The notes under the pieces: model-generated | Told to the model about the DNA's origin: nothing | Database searches by the model: none | Seen by the model: the letters and a program-made list of their open reading frames with translations, nothing else | In this document: in pieces, positions 29,226 through 43,799 of the stretch | How positions within the stretch are numbered: position 1 is the stretch's first letter | Layout: every line of letters begins with the position of its first letter | Translations under genes and position numbers: made by a program | Origin: Eledone cirrhosa | Taxonomy: Eukaryota | Direction of reading: 5' to 3' | Assembly (NCBI GenBank): GCA_964016885.1 | Contig: OZ024759.1 | Coordinates: forward strand, 13,764,001-13,828,000 | DNA length: 64,000 nt

Positions 29226-29801
29226 TATAAAAAGACACACCCACATGCACACAAATTAAACAACATCTTAAAAAAGAAAATATTACATTGACAATTAACG
29301 TCATTCTCGTGAATAGCAAAATAACCATAAAACACACTTGAAAACGACTTAGAAAAATTTAAATCAAAATTTAATCCCAAAGAGAGGAAATAGGAACATT
29401 ATCCACTGAAAGTTCCTTAAACCCTGAAAAAGGGACTTTTAGGTTCCGAAATATTGGACAGAAAAAAGAACAACAACAACAAAAAATAAAACATAGATTA
29501 CCAGGTAGCTTACTTTCCGTTTCCTCATCTTATAGTCCATTTTGTATTGTTTAGCCTTCTATCTCTTTCAACATTATATATTTGTATACATTATTCAGTT
29601 GATGAAAGTTGGTTGATCAAAAAATCTGCCTTCTTTTTCATAACAGACATAAAGCACTCTATGGTTTGTATTCCTTAACATTTTCTTTGTTAGGTATCAC
29701 TTGGAGTTTTAGTATAATAAATAAGAGAAATGGTTTTATTCATACATTTTACTATCTAATTCCATTTCATATATTTCAAAGATGCAAAGGGTGGTTATTA
29801 T

Positions 29802-31075
29802 ATCATCATCCGACACCCTTGGCTGAAATCGACTCAACAATTGATCTCCACGTGGGTCTGTCATTCATTGCCGCTGCCAAATCCTGGATTTCAAAACCAG
29901 AATCTCTGGAGATGACAGGGGATATGAGAGCTTGCACCCCCTGTTATTAGTGACTGCTTGTGGTTTCCAAAGCACTAATGGGGACATAGCCTCATAAGTG
30001 GCACGATGGCAGTGGCCAGCAAATCTTACTCTCCTTTTACGTACAATGACAAATATGCGTGGGAGGCTGGCATATATCTCTCTCAAAGTCACATGTTGCC
30101 AGCTTATGTTCTGAATGCATTGAAACAGGCGAGTGTAAGTCCCAACAAGGGGAATTTTGTTGTTTGGATAAAAGCGTCCAAGTTTCACTTCCATATAGCA
30201 AGATTGGTTGAATTGTTACTTGGAAGAGTCTAATCTTGGTGTGGTTGGAAAGATTTGAGCGGCAAACTCAATCCATCTTGTTGCAAGCTGACCATATTTG
30301 GGCCTTTCTAGTGGCAAAATCCTTCTCAGAATCCATGATCCAGGACCCAAGATACTTGAAATCTTCGACTTGCTTGATATCATTGTTGTTGATTGCTTTG
30401 ATGTCACTGCCTGTACTATTTGATATGTACTCTGTTTTACCCTCATTGAGACAAAGGCCAATGAGGGCGGCTGCTTCCTGGAGAGATGTCAAAAGTTGTT
30501 GCTCATTTTCTAAGCAATCTGCAAGAAGTGCAATATCATCTGCAAAGTCAAGGTCAGTGAGATGTTTAGAGGGGTGCCTAGATCTCATGCGGGGTTTGAT
30601 GGTTATACCTTTGTTATTGATTTTGCCAACTGAGAGTCTCAGAGTGTGGTCTAGTGCAATAATAAAGAGAAATGGGGCTAGAGTGTCACCGTGCAGCACT
30701 CCAAAGCACTCCAAAGAACTCTGTTGGGCCATCAGGGGTGATGATAGTGGCACCTGTGTTGAGATATAGAGCCTTAATTGCTTCCACAAGTCTTGCTGGT
30801 ATGCAATACAAGGGTAGAATTTCAAACAGAGTGTCTCTGTTTATGCTGCCAAAAGCTTTTCTAAAGACAACAAAAACCCAAGCCATTTGTCTGTTGGAGT
30901 TTCTCATTTCTTCCACTACTCTTCTCAAGGCCAAAATCTGTGCAAGTGTAGATCTACCACACCTAAAACCGTTTTGGTTGATGCGAATGATTGGATCAAC
31001 ATACAGAACTATATGGTTGAGGATTAACTTGTAGATTTTGGTAGCAATGGGCATACGTGATATTCCTTGGTAGCA
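29802..31075 (-). mobile_element. Degenerate RTE-like LINE (RT domain) lying inside a fold-back repeat
   Basis: NQNGFRCGRST, GVLHGDTLAPFLFIIALD, DFADDIALL, FKYLGS. Confidence 0.85.
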
Positions 31076-31339
31076 ATGGGCATACGTGATATTCCTTGGT
31101 AGTTTTGGAGGGAATGAGAGTTCGCTTTTTTGGGGGACAGGAACTATGCCTGCTTTTAGCCAACTTCTTGGAGGAATTTGGTTGCAGATTGATAATAGGA
31201 CTGAAGTAAGGTTTGGGTCTCAACAACATACCCAGTATAATTTGGTTATTATATAACCACCCTAGCATCTTTGAAATATGTGTAATGGAATGAGATAGTA
31301 AACTGAAGATGTATGAATAAAACCATCTCTCTTATTTAT

Positions 31340-31432
<93 letters not shown>

Positions 31433-32024
31433 CTATATATGAAAATTGTTCCAGGGTTATTGTAACAAGAAAATTTCATAATATTGATTCAAACAAAGAG
31501 TTGAGTGGACCCTTTGGTTTGTGCCCAAGGGCATGACAACATCACCTGTGTACTTGGTAGAACATAAGACCGTACATAAATGAGATGCAACACCCTTGGC
31601 CTGTCTGGGAGGTCAGTAGCTCCACCTCAGTATTGACTTGATCTATGTAGACCGATCCAACACTTGCTAGCTGCAAAACTGGATGTTAAATGAGGATTAG
31701 GATGATGATGATTATAAAATATTGACATAATTTATTACATCATGAAATTTCCTACACAATCATCGGATGAAGGCCAAATCTTTCCCAGGATTCTGGGACA
31801 AGCAAAACTTTATCGTAAGAAAAATACTATCTAAAGAACATAACTTAATAAAGGTCCTTACATAGAAGTATAATGGAATGGTTTTTTTTAGATAAATATA
31901 AATACTTTGATCCTTCCATTACCGATTTCTAATGAAATATACTGCCTATTGTTTTCAATTAATTTTGAAAATAACTAAGTATGCAAGTATACAGAGGGAT
32001 TAAGTTAGTGCTTGGAATACAAGA

Positions 32025-32255
32025 AATGACCTCAGTTTGCTCTGTGTGTTCTCCGAATTTGGATGCAATAGTATCTGCACACCTTGTCCTGACTTCCTTA
32101 TCCACCAATGCTTCCCATTTTATCCTGTAGGTCGACCTGGACCTGCCAGTTTTGTGGGCTTCTTTGGTTTTAGGTAGTCTCAAGTTGCAGACAACTAGAT
32201 GGTGGTCAGTTGACAGCTCAGCTCTTATCTTAATATGAACATCCATAACAAATTG
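32025..32255 (-). mobile_element. LINE endonuclease C-terminal fragment
   Basis: AELSTDHHLVVCNLRL (SDH-type motif). Confidence 0.6.
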
Positions 32256-32780
32256 ATGGAATGTTTTCAGATAAATATAAGCACTTTCAAATGAAAACCA
32301 AGTGAAAGTTTTAGGCAGTGGACTATCAAAAGGGATAATGAAAATACTAACCTAGGTTTCAACTCAAGCAGGAACAGATAACACACACACACACATGCAT
32401 GCACAAGCATGTTCACATGCACAAGCATGTTCACATACACATACACACTCACATACACACATATATATCAGTAAGCAGATAACTTGACTAAACTGAGGTG
32501 TTGGTGGTGGTGAGGTAATTTATCAGGAACTTTGATAAGAAGCCAAGTATTGTTTATTTCTCATCCAATCAAACCCTATGTAATGTAGAAGAGGTGGGGT
32601 GGCAAAGAGAAGTGATTGAATCAGGTACTGTGGGAGGAGGAGGGAGAGGAGATTACATGGAGTATTACACAGAGTGGGGGAGAGACTGAGTGAATCTTGG
32701 ATATGCCCCCCTCCCCTCTTCCTGTACACCCCCTCCATTCCTTCCTTCAAATGTTTTTAGCCCTGGCCACCCATTGAGAA

Positions 32781-33100
32781 GGTGGTGTTGGTGGTGGTGT
32801 TGGTGGTGTTGTTAGTGGTGTTATTGGTGGTGTTGGTAGTGGTGTTGGTAGTGTTTGTGGTGGTGGTGGTGGTGTTCGTGTTGGTGGTGGTGGTGTTCGT
32901 GTTGGTGGGGTTAGTGGCGGTGTTGGTGGTGGTGGTGTTGGTGGTGGTGGGGTTAGTGGCGGTGTTGGTGGTGGTGGTGTAGGTGGTGGTGGGGTTAGTG
33001 GCGGTGTTGGTGGTGGTGGTGTAGGTGATGGTGCTGTTAGTGGTTATGGTGGTGATGTTGGTGTTGGCAGTGGTGCTGCTGCTGCTACTGCTGGTGTTGG
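32781..33100. repeat. (GGT)n-derived trinucleotide tract
   Basis: Seen directly. Confidence 0.9.
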
Positions 33101-33418
33101 CGATGTTTATCTGGTTTTTAGGTTATCACAGATCTTTGGTTCATATTGAAGTTACAATTGTGATTATCACCTTTTCCTATCACCAGCTATTCTCAATTTA
33201 CCTGACACTAAAGCAATACTTTACAATTCCACCTGGATAGCCTAAGTAAGAGCTTTTTTAATACATATTTTTCTCATTATTAGTGTATTTGATGTTTTAT
33301 AAAACTCCTTAACACCCTCCCCCCACTCACACACACACACACACACACAAACATGACTAAAAGATATCCCTTGTCTTATATATAAAGTTAATATAACTGG
33401 TATTTATAGATTTTGTTC

Positions 33419-34417
33419 TTAACCCTTCCATTACCATATTTCTAATGAAAGACACTGTATATGCCATTAACCCTTCCATTAACATATTTCTAATGAAAGA
33501 CACTGTCTATGTCATTAACCCTTTCATTACCATATTTCTAATGAAAGATACTGTCTATGTCATTAACCCTTTCATTACCATATTTCTAATGAAAGACACT
33601 GTCTATGTCATTAACCCTTTCATTACCATCTAATGAAAGACACTGTCTATGTCATTAACCCTTTCATTACTATATTTCTAATGAAAGACACTGTCTATGT
33701 CATTAACCCTTTCATTACTATATTTCTAATGAAAGGTACTACCTACATCTTTAGCCCTTTTGTTACTATATCTTTTATGAAACACATTGCCTATGTAATT
33801 AACCTTTTTGTTAACATATTTCTAACGAAAGATCCTTCAAATGGCTTTCCAATAATTTTGTAAATAATAAGGGATTTAGTAATATAATGAACTTTTCCAT
33901 TATTAAGTTGGTGTTTAGAATATAACTCAACAGAGGTTGTTATATAAAATTATGATGGAAGGTTTTTAGATGAAAATAAACACTTTCACCTTTTTATTAC
34001 TGTATTTCTGAATAATTAAGAATTTAGAGATATTTAGTCAAATAAACTAAGTTTCTCTTATCACAATGGTGTTTGGGGCATAACCTAACAAAGGTCCTTA
34101 CCTAAGATTATGATGAAAAGATTGTGAAATAAACACTTTATACTTTTCCTTACTTCTTATAAAAGACACTGTTTACATCTCATTAATCCCGCCGAGGTTA
34201 ACTTTGACTTTCATCCTTAAAATAAAGTACCAGTAATACACTGGAATAATTGTTGGCCTTGTTCCAAAAGTAGAACAATTATTAATCTGGAGTTTGAGGC
34301 ATAACTTAAAGGCCTTACCTAAGATTATAATGAAAGATGACTATAAACATTTTAAGATAAATAGTTTTGTATCATAGAAGCAGGGGTGTTTCAAGCAGTT
34401 TGCTATCAAAAAGATTA
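33419..34417 (+). mobile_element. Putative non-autonomous piggyBac-like element with about 8 copies of the 48-bp unit at its 5' end
   Basis: Starts TTAA-CCCTT and ends ...aaaaagaTTAA; same unit as 4790-5922. Confidence 0.5.
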
Positions 34418-34539
34418 ATATCTCCTGCTGACATAGGAAAGAAGTCTCATATACCCAGGGGTATTATATTTTCAGAGTGGGGAGTTCATATATGGCTGGT
34501 GATCCTATATGTTTAGGAGTCCTATATGCCATCAGTAAT

Positions 34540-35150
34540 CAATCAATTATTGTGTACAGTGCTCAGGTGCACTACAACTCATCAAAGGTGCATGTATAGT
34601 ACATAGAATAATGTACAAATGTCAGGGAAGTGAATAGTGTATGAGTCATGATATACATGTGTACGTGTGTATGGAGGGGGAGTATTCGGTGTAGCATTGG
34701 CAAATCTCAGGAAGCATGGAGGTTTTAAAGGATGCAGTGTCTCGACAGCTAACAACTGATGCAGGTAGTTTGTTCCATGGAGGTTTTAAAGGATGCAGTG
34801 TCTCGACAGCTAACAACTGATGCAGGTAGTTTGTTCCATGGAGGTTTTAAAGGATACAGTGTCTCGACAGCTAACAACTGATGCAGGTAGTTTGTTCCAT
34901 GGAGGTTTTAAAGGATACAGTGTCTCGACAGCTAACAACTGATGCAGGTAGTTTGTTCCATGGAGGTTTTAAAGGATGCAGTGTCTCGACAGCTAACAAC
35001 TGATGCAGGGAGTTTGTTCCATGGAGGTTTTAAAGGATGCAGTGTCTCGACAGCTAACAACTGATGCCGGGAGATTGTTCCATGCTTCAGCAACTCTGAA
35101 CGTGAAAAAATGTTTCCGAAAGCCATGGGAGCTGTGCTGTTTTCTGACTT
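34540..35150 (-). mobile_element. CR1/L2-type LINE 3' end containing six tandem 61-bp copies (34715-35080)
   Basis: WNKLPASVVSCRDTASFKTSM; unit catggaggttttaaaggatgcagtgtctcgacagctaacaactgatgcaggtagtttgttc. Confidence 0.75.
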
Positions 35151-35629
35151 CATATTCTCCTAGCTAAAATAGTACCAGTCTAATACTGGGTTCAATACCT
35201 CTCTATATCTCATTCTCACTTCCTTTCTCTCACTCTCTATCCTTCATCATCATCATCACCATTTGATGTCTGTTTTCCCTTCTAGAAAGGGTTGGTTGGA
35301 TCTACATAGACCAAGTCAGTACTGAAGTGGGGCTACTGACCTCCCAGTCAAGCTAAGGGGTCTGTATATGGCATATATATTGAGTGCAGAGAAGTTGTGT
35401 CTTTGGATACAAACTAAAGGGTCCTCCTAAGCCCTTGTTTGGCAAGATTTCTATGGCTGGATACCCATCCTAGCACCAACCACTGTTGATTTCACACCGG
35501 GAGAGGAGGTGTGCTCTGCCAGGTTTAAACAATGCCTGAGAAACAGAGTATGTCAGGAACCATGGGACCATGAATGCTTTCTCCTAGCTATTGTGAATTT
35601 CCCAGAAACTTTTCCCAACACATTAGAAC

Positions 35630-35852
35630 CTCACCTGGATAGCTACCTCACCTTGATAACAATCTCACCTGGATAGTCACCTTGGTAGCTACCTCACCTG
35701 GATAGTTACGTCACCTTGGTAGATACCTCACCTGGATAGCTATGTCACCTGGATAGTTACATCACCTGGATAGTTACGTCACCTGGGTAGCTATGTCAAT
35801 TGGATAGCTACATCACCTGGATAGCTACATCACCTGGATAGATGCGTCACCT

Positions 35853-35856
<4 letters not shown>
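35630..35856. repeat. About 17-bp tandem repeat (tcacctggatagctaca-like)
   Basis: Seen directly; roughly a dozen degenerate copies. Confidence 0.85.
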
Positions 35857-35936
<80 letters not shown>

Positions 35937-36367
35937 AGGTGACGCATCTATCCAGGTGATGTAGCTGGATATATATATATATATAGTAAAAGTTTGGTAG
36001 AAATATCCAAGGGTAAGAACACTAAGTCCATAGGACAAGTTTAGTATAAATAATTACAACAGTGACATAAACAGGTACTTAAGTTTCGTGGGTTCTGGGC
36101 CCCAACTAATTCAGCCTGTCATAAGAAAAATGCAAAAATAAAAATTTTTAATTAACTACCTGTTTATATATATTCATTTAGGTTTGTTGGTTCACCACTG
36201 GATAGAACTGCTCATTCCGTATAGTTAACCTTAATGTAATATTAGGGAGAGCACTCGACGTAATGCAACTCACCCATCTTCGTTTGTATTGTTGGTGGTG
36301 CAAGTATGGAGTTAATTATTCTAAAATGACAGGAGGCTGGACTGGTGTAATTCCTTAAAGGTTTATT

Positions 36368-36425
36368 ATACTATGAACATTTCAATGACTGGGTTCAGTA
36401 TGAATCCGGTGACATCATCAGGTAT
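36368..36425 (-). ncRNA. Type I hammerhead motif; internally deleted mirror at 36538-36575(+)
   Basis: Minus strand: ATAC-CTGATGA-(31 nt)-GAAA-TGTTCA-TA-GTAT. Confidence 0.65.
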
Positions 36426-36619
36426 TCGAAATTTAACAACGGAATATAATAGACACAATCCATGGGGCTGAAAAGGCAGAGAGACAAGAAGGCACCCAAA
36501 CATTTAGCAGTTTCTAGTCCGGGTCGGCCGCCCTCGAATACCTGATGAACCCAGTCATTGAAATGTTCATAGTATAATAAACCTTTAAGGAATTACACCA
36601 GTCCAGCCTCCTGTTATTT

Positions 36620-36682
<63 letters not shown>

Positions 36683-36936
36683 ATATATATATATATATAT
36701 TATATATATATATATATATAATATAGTAGGGCGGTAGATTGGCAGTATCGGTAGAGGTCGGACGCCATGCTTTCCAGCATAGTTACGTCCCTTTACGATC
36801 TGAGTTCAAATCCCGCCAAGGTTGACTTTGCCTTTCATCCTTACGGGGTCGATAAAATAAAGTACCACTAATGCATTGGGTAATTGCTGGCCTTGTGCCT
36901 AAAGTAGAAACAATTATATATATATATATAATATAT

Positions 36937-39016
36937 CATCATCATCATCATCATCATCGTTTAACGTCCATCTTCCACGCTTGCATGGGTTTGGACGGGA
37001 GTTTTCCCACTTGAGGCAAGATTGGTTGTCCTGCTCGTATAGGACTGTCTGGCGGGTTTTCTACGGCTGGATGCCCTTCCTAACACCAACCACGTTTACA
37101 GTGTGGACTGGGAGGTTTTTACCGTGTTACCTACACAGCCACATTACAGCGTTTGACTGTGTGTTTTTTTTGCCGTGACACCTACACGACCTCATTTGTT
37201 TCGGACTGGATGTTGTGGTACCAACATAACTTCACATTTAAGGGGGTGGTGTGGATTGTGTGGGGGTAGTGGGATGGGGTGTATTTTGTTAGAGGTGCCT
37301 ACAGACTGTAGGTTTCGCTTTGTACTTAGGCAAGGCGGGTCTTCTGTATAACAGTGTAGTGCCAAAGATCTCGGCCCAATGACATTGTCTTGGAGAAGTG
37401 TAAGTGTGTGAGGTCAGAATTTATCAAGTCGTCCCAGGTTTTTCTGGGTCTGCTTACTCCATGGCTACCGTCTATTTTTATTGCCCTGCACTTTTTTATA
37501 CAGCTGTCGTCTTTCATGCGCATCACGTGACCGTACCAACGTAGTCTTCTCTCAAGTAAACAACATCTGATCCCTCTTATTCCTAATTTCTCTCTTAGTT
37601 CGTTTATGCTTTGCCGTTCACGTATATTACTATTACACATCCAGCGGAGTATGCAAGCTCCGTTTCTCTCCAGTCTGCGTATATCCTCTGCACACAATGC
37701 CCAGGTCTCACTGCCATGTAACATTGCTGTTCGTATGCAGGCATCATACAGCCTGCCTTTCATTTTTAGAGAGAACCCTTTAGCGGCCAATAGTGGTATA
37801 AGCTCTCTGAACTTTTTCCATCCTGTTCTGACTCTAGCTACTGTATTTTATAGAGCACCCTCCCCCACTGCTGATTTTGTCACCCAGGTAACGGAAGCTG
37901 TCCACTATTTCTATAGAACCATCTGTGCAATGGAATGAGCTAGTATTCTGTGGGCACTTGCTGCTACTTATTGCACCAGAGCACCGGGCACATATAAAAT
38001 CTATATTCTTAGTTAGCTTACCTGTGATCCCACTACATCTTTTATCCACTCATACTTTGCATTTGGGACATAAAATGGAGTTTCTGCCTACTCCTTTCTT
38101 ACACACTGAGCATGGCCATTTTCCAGATGGGACCGGTGCCCTATTTTCCTTCCTACAAACTAGAACTTTAGTCTTAGACAGGTTAATTTTAAGGCCTTTT
38201 GATTCTAGGCCATGCTTCCATGTTTGGAATTTCATCTCTAGTTCGGCCATTGATTCAGCTATGAGCGTTAGATCATCTGCATATAGGAGTTCCCATGGGC
38301 AGCCGGTCTTGAACTCCTCTGTTATAGCCTGAAGGGCAATAATAAAAAGTAGGAGGCTAAGGACAGAGCCCTGATGAACACCAACTTTTACGCTAAACTC
38401 TTCACTATATTCGTTGTTAATTCTAACCTTGCTGACTGTTTCTTTATACATGGCTTGTATAGCTCTCACAAGCCATTCATCAACACCTAGTTTTCTAAGG
38501 GCCCACCAGATAATCGAGCGAGGTACTCTGTCAAAGGCTTTCTCCAACTCAACAAAAGCTAAGTATAGGGGTTTACTTTTAGCTAGGTACTTCTCCTGTA
38601 GTTGTCGTACAATGAAAAGAGCGCCTGTGGTACTTTTACCTGACACAAACTCGAACTGCATTTCGTCTAGATCAATTCGCTCTCTGATTAGTTGCGCTAT
38701 TACTTTTTCTGTGACCTTCATGACCTGGTCAATTAATTTAATGCCTCTATAGTTTCCCCTATCTAGGGCATCACCTTTACCCTTGTAGCAGTTAATGATG
38801 ATGCTGCTGTGCCAGTCCTTCGGAACGACCCCATTCTGTAAGACTTGGTTTACTATCCGGGTGACCATGGTGTGTCCCACCGTTCCAGATGCTTTCAGCA
38901 TTTCAGCAACTATTTCCGAAGGCCCGGCCGCCTTGCCCGTCTTCATGTCTTTGATCGCCTTACTTATTATACTACCTTCAACTTGCACTGCTGGTCCCTC
39001 TATTGGGTCGATGTGG
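36937..39016 (-). mobile_element. 5'-truncated RTE LINE with complete RT domain (stop codon and frameshift present)
   Basis: NYRGIKL, LEKAFDRV, GVHQGSVLS, LYADDL, PHD-like finger, RLRWYGHVMR; flanked by TA tracts. Confidence 0.93.
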
Positions 39017-39042
39017 ATAATATATATAATATATATATATAT

Positions 39043-39075
<33 letters not shown>

Positions 39076-39135
39076 ATATATATATATAATATATATATAA
39101 TATATATATATAATATATATATAATATATATATAT

Positions 39136-39186
<51 letters not shown>

Positions 39187-39201
39187 TATAATATATATAA
39201 T

Positions 39202-39252
<51 letters not shown>

Positions 39253-39276
39253 CTATATATATATATATATATATAT

Positions 39277-39336
<60 letters not shown>

Positions 39337-39408
39337 CTATATATATAATATATATATATAATATATATATATAATATATATATAATATATATATATAATA
39401 TATATATA

Positions 39409-39456
<48 letters not shown>

Positions 39457-40768
39457 CAAGGGCATACAGTACCGGTGTGTCCTATTGTAGGCTCTGTGAT
39501 CTTGAATTACTGTACATCCTTAGGAATGAAAAAAGACTACTCAACAACAAGATAGAAAGATCAATCTTCTGCAGACACAGGATCGCCACTAAATTCACAA
39601 GATTTAAGCCACCGTGAATCGAACCAACATAACTTAGCATTCAACATATGATATCCACGCTATTACACAGACCACCACAGAACTATAATACTCATTAAGC
39701 CTTCTTAATTCTATACCACAGTAATGTCTGCAAATATTTTATCAACCCATAAATATATCTCTTCTCAGCTGTTGTCAACACAACTTCCTCACCCTTGATT
39801 CTCAACAGATGAACCTAAATCCAAGTACATTTTCAGAATACTACCACAGCAAAACATCACCTTCCTCCTGTTATAATTGTAGTCAGCATGTTTTCTCTCT
39901 CTATATATATATATATATATTGCCTCCTTAACCTCTGTATTAACTTACCTATTATATTGCTACTCTGGTAATGTTATCTTATATATGTATGTTATTGATG
40001 ATGTGAAAGCTAGACAACCCCATGATTCAAACTAACAATCCCTTCATCTAATATAGACCACATAAATATTGAATCCACTTCACACCACAAAAATTATTAT
40101 CCTTACTACAATGATAAATATTCTATCTGTCAGATAATAAATAATTCTTACGGTCACCAAACCTACAGTAAATGGAATGGTACATTGTTTAAAACCCCGG
40201 CTTACCTCTACACTATATATAATACACCCCATGACAGCTTTTACATGTCAATTTCAGACATCTGCCTCATATCAACTCGTTTTACATGCTACAGTCTTAA
40301 GTATACTCTATGTCTTACTTAGATTGATGTGATTATTTCAAATAATTTATTGCTAGCACTGTTATTGTTATTGTTCTGATTGAATGCCACTACTATATAT
40401 AGAAGCCATGCCTGTGTATTCCCTTCATTCTCGCTAGCTCTGATGAATTGACTGGTTACAACTATGTATTGGTGATCGATTGACGCGAAAACAGGCGGGT
40501 AGCGATCTCTAGACCTACCAGTTCAGAGAAACAATTGTCAACAAAGTGATTAAAAACCTTTTTTGTATAGCAAACCGTGTCACTCTTCTTTCTTGATTTA
40601 TCATTACTCCAAGTGTAAACAACATAGAAATCACCGCATACTCGCAGCATCACTATAGAAACGCCTTGTTGAGTCAAACTTAGCCAAGCGTTGATACAAT
40701 CCACTACTCGGAGTACCCTAACTGGACTACACCTAAGTGGACTACCTATAACAATAATCTGTTATCCC

Positions 40769-40806
<38 letters not shown>

Positions 40807-41192
40807 CACTATAACTAAATAAATAAATAAATAAATAATTACAGTACCCCCTTCCCTCCTTAATCTCTCATTTGTACGCTGATCATCTGTCCCCAAGCTG
40901 CCTATCATTTTTCACTTCCTCAATATATTTCTCTCTCCCATATCTCTTTCTCTCTCTATCTCGCTCTGTTTTTCTTTACATACATCTCTTCATCTTCTTC
41001 TCTAACTGTCCTTAGCACTATACACTTTCTTTCTTCTTCTCTTCATCCTTAGCACTATATACTTTCCTTCTTTTTTCTTTTCGTCTTTCTTTCTAACTGT
41101 CCTTAACATTTTCACTACCAAATCAACTTTTTAAATGGAAGTTGCACTGTTTAAGGTATGTCAAATTTATTTATAAAACGGTTTATATATTG

Positions 41193-41258
41193 TATTTTGT
41201 CTGAGGAAGGCATACCATATTTTTAATATGATATCCCTGAAATATATATAATGAAATA
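41193..41258 (+). ncRNA. Type I hammerhead motif
   Basis: TATTTTGT-CTGAGGA-AGGCATACCATAT...ATATGATATCCCT-GAAA-TATATA-TA-ATGAAATA. Confidence 0.8.
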
Positions 41259-41679
41259 AATATGGTTTTATAAATATAGTTTCCATTTGTTTAATATCGT
41301 ATATATATATATATATATATAAAGGATAACAAAAAATCGTTATAGGTGATCCAATTAGAGGTTGTGAATACTGCTTATTATGGATAGCTTTAGCGTACGG
41401 CATTGCTTGACTCAACAAGAGGTTTACGTAGATGACGAGTTTATGATTTCACTTGTATTCCTATCTAAGTTTATCTTGGAGTAATATAATTAGAGTTAAC
41501 ATCGTATTTAAAATTGAGTGGCAATACTTTTAGTGTTCAGAAATTTTTAGACAACTCTATCAGTGAAACAATTGTTAGACTGCAAATAAATCCCCTTTTT
41601 TGTACTGTTGACCATGTTATTCTTCACTTTTTTCAATTATATAGTATATATATATATATACCATATATGATATAACTTA

Positions 41680-42540
41680 AACTTAATATTAAGATAATAG
41701 AAAGACCAGGTACCTCCATAAAAACACTTACCCTTTTCAAAGACCACCCTGTATAGATAAGAAATGCATAATCTGTAAACTAAGCCCCCATATTAACTGT
41801 AAAACTAGAAATGTAGATATATCATAAGATGTACTGAAGGACAATGTAAAGATAAGAATATAGTGTACATAGGTGAGACAGCTCGTAGTATAGGAGAACG
41901 GTTAAATGAACACTGGCGAGAGCTTCAAGATAAAAAAGAATCATCAATACTCCACCAACATGCTAAAATAAAACATAAGGGCAAATTAGAGAACATAGAA
42001 ATAAAAATAAAATCTACACACAGAAAAGACGCAATGTTTAGACAAATCACAGAGGCAATAAACATAAATGAACTCCAACCAAAATTAAATAGAAAACATG
42101 AATGGAATAGCAAATTCACAACTTACAATTAAGGACAAAATGAAAACACACACACACATAGAACAAACAACCAACCAGTAACATGTAAATAAATAAATAA
42201 ATAAACAAATAAAAACACACACAGACACCCGGATGTAACACATGCGCAAACTAAGCACACAACACACACAAAAAACAAGATGGCGTAGGACAGAACAAAG
42301 GAGAGGCACAAAACAAAGCAAAGAATCCCCAGTCACTGGAGAGGTTACAGAATGTGTGACGAAAGAACTTTGACAATATATCAACAACCATCCGGTTGTG
42401 GAACCAACCAACCGGAAATTTATAAATTTAATTTATAATAAATTGGAGTGAAAGCAACTGGTGCATGTGTTTCTTATTAGCAACATGACCCTCCCAAAGT
42501 ATAACAATATTGGTTTCAACACACGTTTTCAGATAAAGAA
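41680..42540 (+). mobile_element. Penelope-like GIY-YIG 3' remnant and UTR
   Basis: YIGETARSIGERLNEH...RQITEAININELQPKLNRKHEW. Confidence 0.8.
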
Positions 42541-42573
42541 TCTTGCTTAACAAATTCAGAAACGATATATATA

Positions 42574-43713
42574 TCATCATCATCATCATCATCATCAGGT
42601 TTAGCGTCCGTGTTCCACGCTTGCATGGGTTTGGACGGGGGTTTTCCCACTTGAGGCAAGAGTGGTTGTCTTGCTCGCATAGGACTGTCTGGCGGGTTTT
42701 CTACAGTTGGATGCCCTTCCTAACACCAACCACATTTACAGTGTGGGGCTGGGAGGTTTTTACCGTGTTGCCTACACGGCCACATTACAGCGTGGACTGT
42801 CTGGCGGGTTTTCTACAGCTGGATGCCCTTCCTAACACCAACCACATTTACAGTGTGGGGCTGGGAGGTTTTTACCGTGTTGCCTACACGGCCACATTTA
42901 CAGCGTGGACTGTGTGTTTTTTGTCGTGACACCTACACGATCTCATTTGTTTCGGCCTGGATGTTGTGGGACCAACATAACTTTACATTGAAAGGGGCGG
43001 TGTGGAGGGACGGGGGTGTGTTTTGATAGAGGTGCCTACTGACTGTAGTAGGTTTTTACTTTGTATTTAGGTAAGGCGGGTCTTCTCTATTACTGAGTAC
43101 CGCCAAAGGTCTCGGTCCAGTGACATTGTCTTGGAGAGGTGTAAGCGTGTGAGGTCGGAATTTATCAGCTCGTCCCATGTTTTTCTGGGTCTGCCTACTC
43201 CGTGGCTACCGTCTATCTTTATTGCCCTGCACTTTGTTATACAGCTGTCGTCTTTCATGCGCATCACGTGACCGTACCAACGTAGCCTTCTCTCGAGTAA
43301 ACAACATCTGATCCCTCTTATTTCTAATTTTTTCCTTAGTTCGTTTATGCTTTGCCGTTCACGTATATTACTATTGCACATCCAGCGGAGCATGCAAGCT
43401 TCGTTCCTCTCTAGTCTGCGTATATCCTCTGCACACAATGCCCAGGTCTCACTGCCATGCAGCATTGCTGTTCGTATGCAGGCATCATATAACCGGCCTT
43501 TCATTTTTAGGGAGAACCCTCTAGCGGCTAATAGTGGTATAAGCTCTCTGAACTTTTTCCATCCAGTTCTGACTCTAGCTACTGTACTTTCAGAGCACCC
43601 TCCCCCACTGCTGATTTTGTCACCCAGATAACGGAAGCTGTCCACTATTTCTATAGAACCCTCTGCGCAGTTGAAGGAGCTAGTATTTTGTGGGCACTTG
43701 CTGCTACTTATTG

Positions 43714-43714
<1 letters not shown>
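42574..43714 (-). mobile_element. 5'-truncated RTE LINE with a ~110-bp tandem duplication in the 3' UTR
   Basis: Near-identical to 23032-24372. Confidence 0.92.
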
Positions 43715-43753
<39 letters not shown>

Positions 43754-43799
43754 AGGATGAATATAAAATGAAAGTGCTTTTTTTAAAAAAGGAATTTAT

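Noticed and set aside
32782-33240. Valine-rich hydrophobic ORFs
   Set aside because: Translation of a (GGT)n repeat.
35823-35968. Inverted repeat centred on a pure (TA)n tract
   Set aside because: A strand flip at a self-complementary TA tract is a plausible assembly or read artefact; no ribozyme core.
40430-40508. CTGATGA...GAAA candidate
   Set aside because: Stem I is not adjacent to the core and stem III does not pair; at best a decayed copy.
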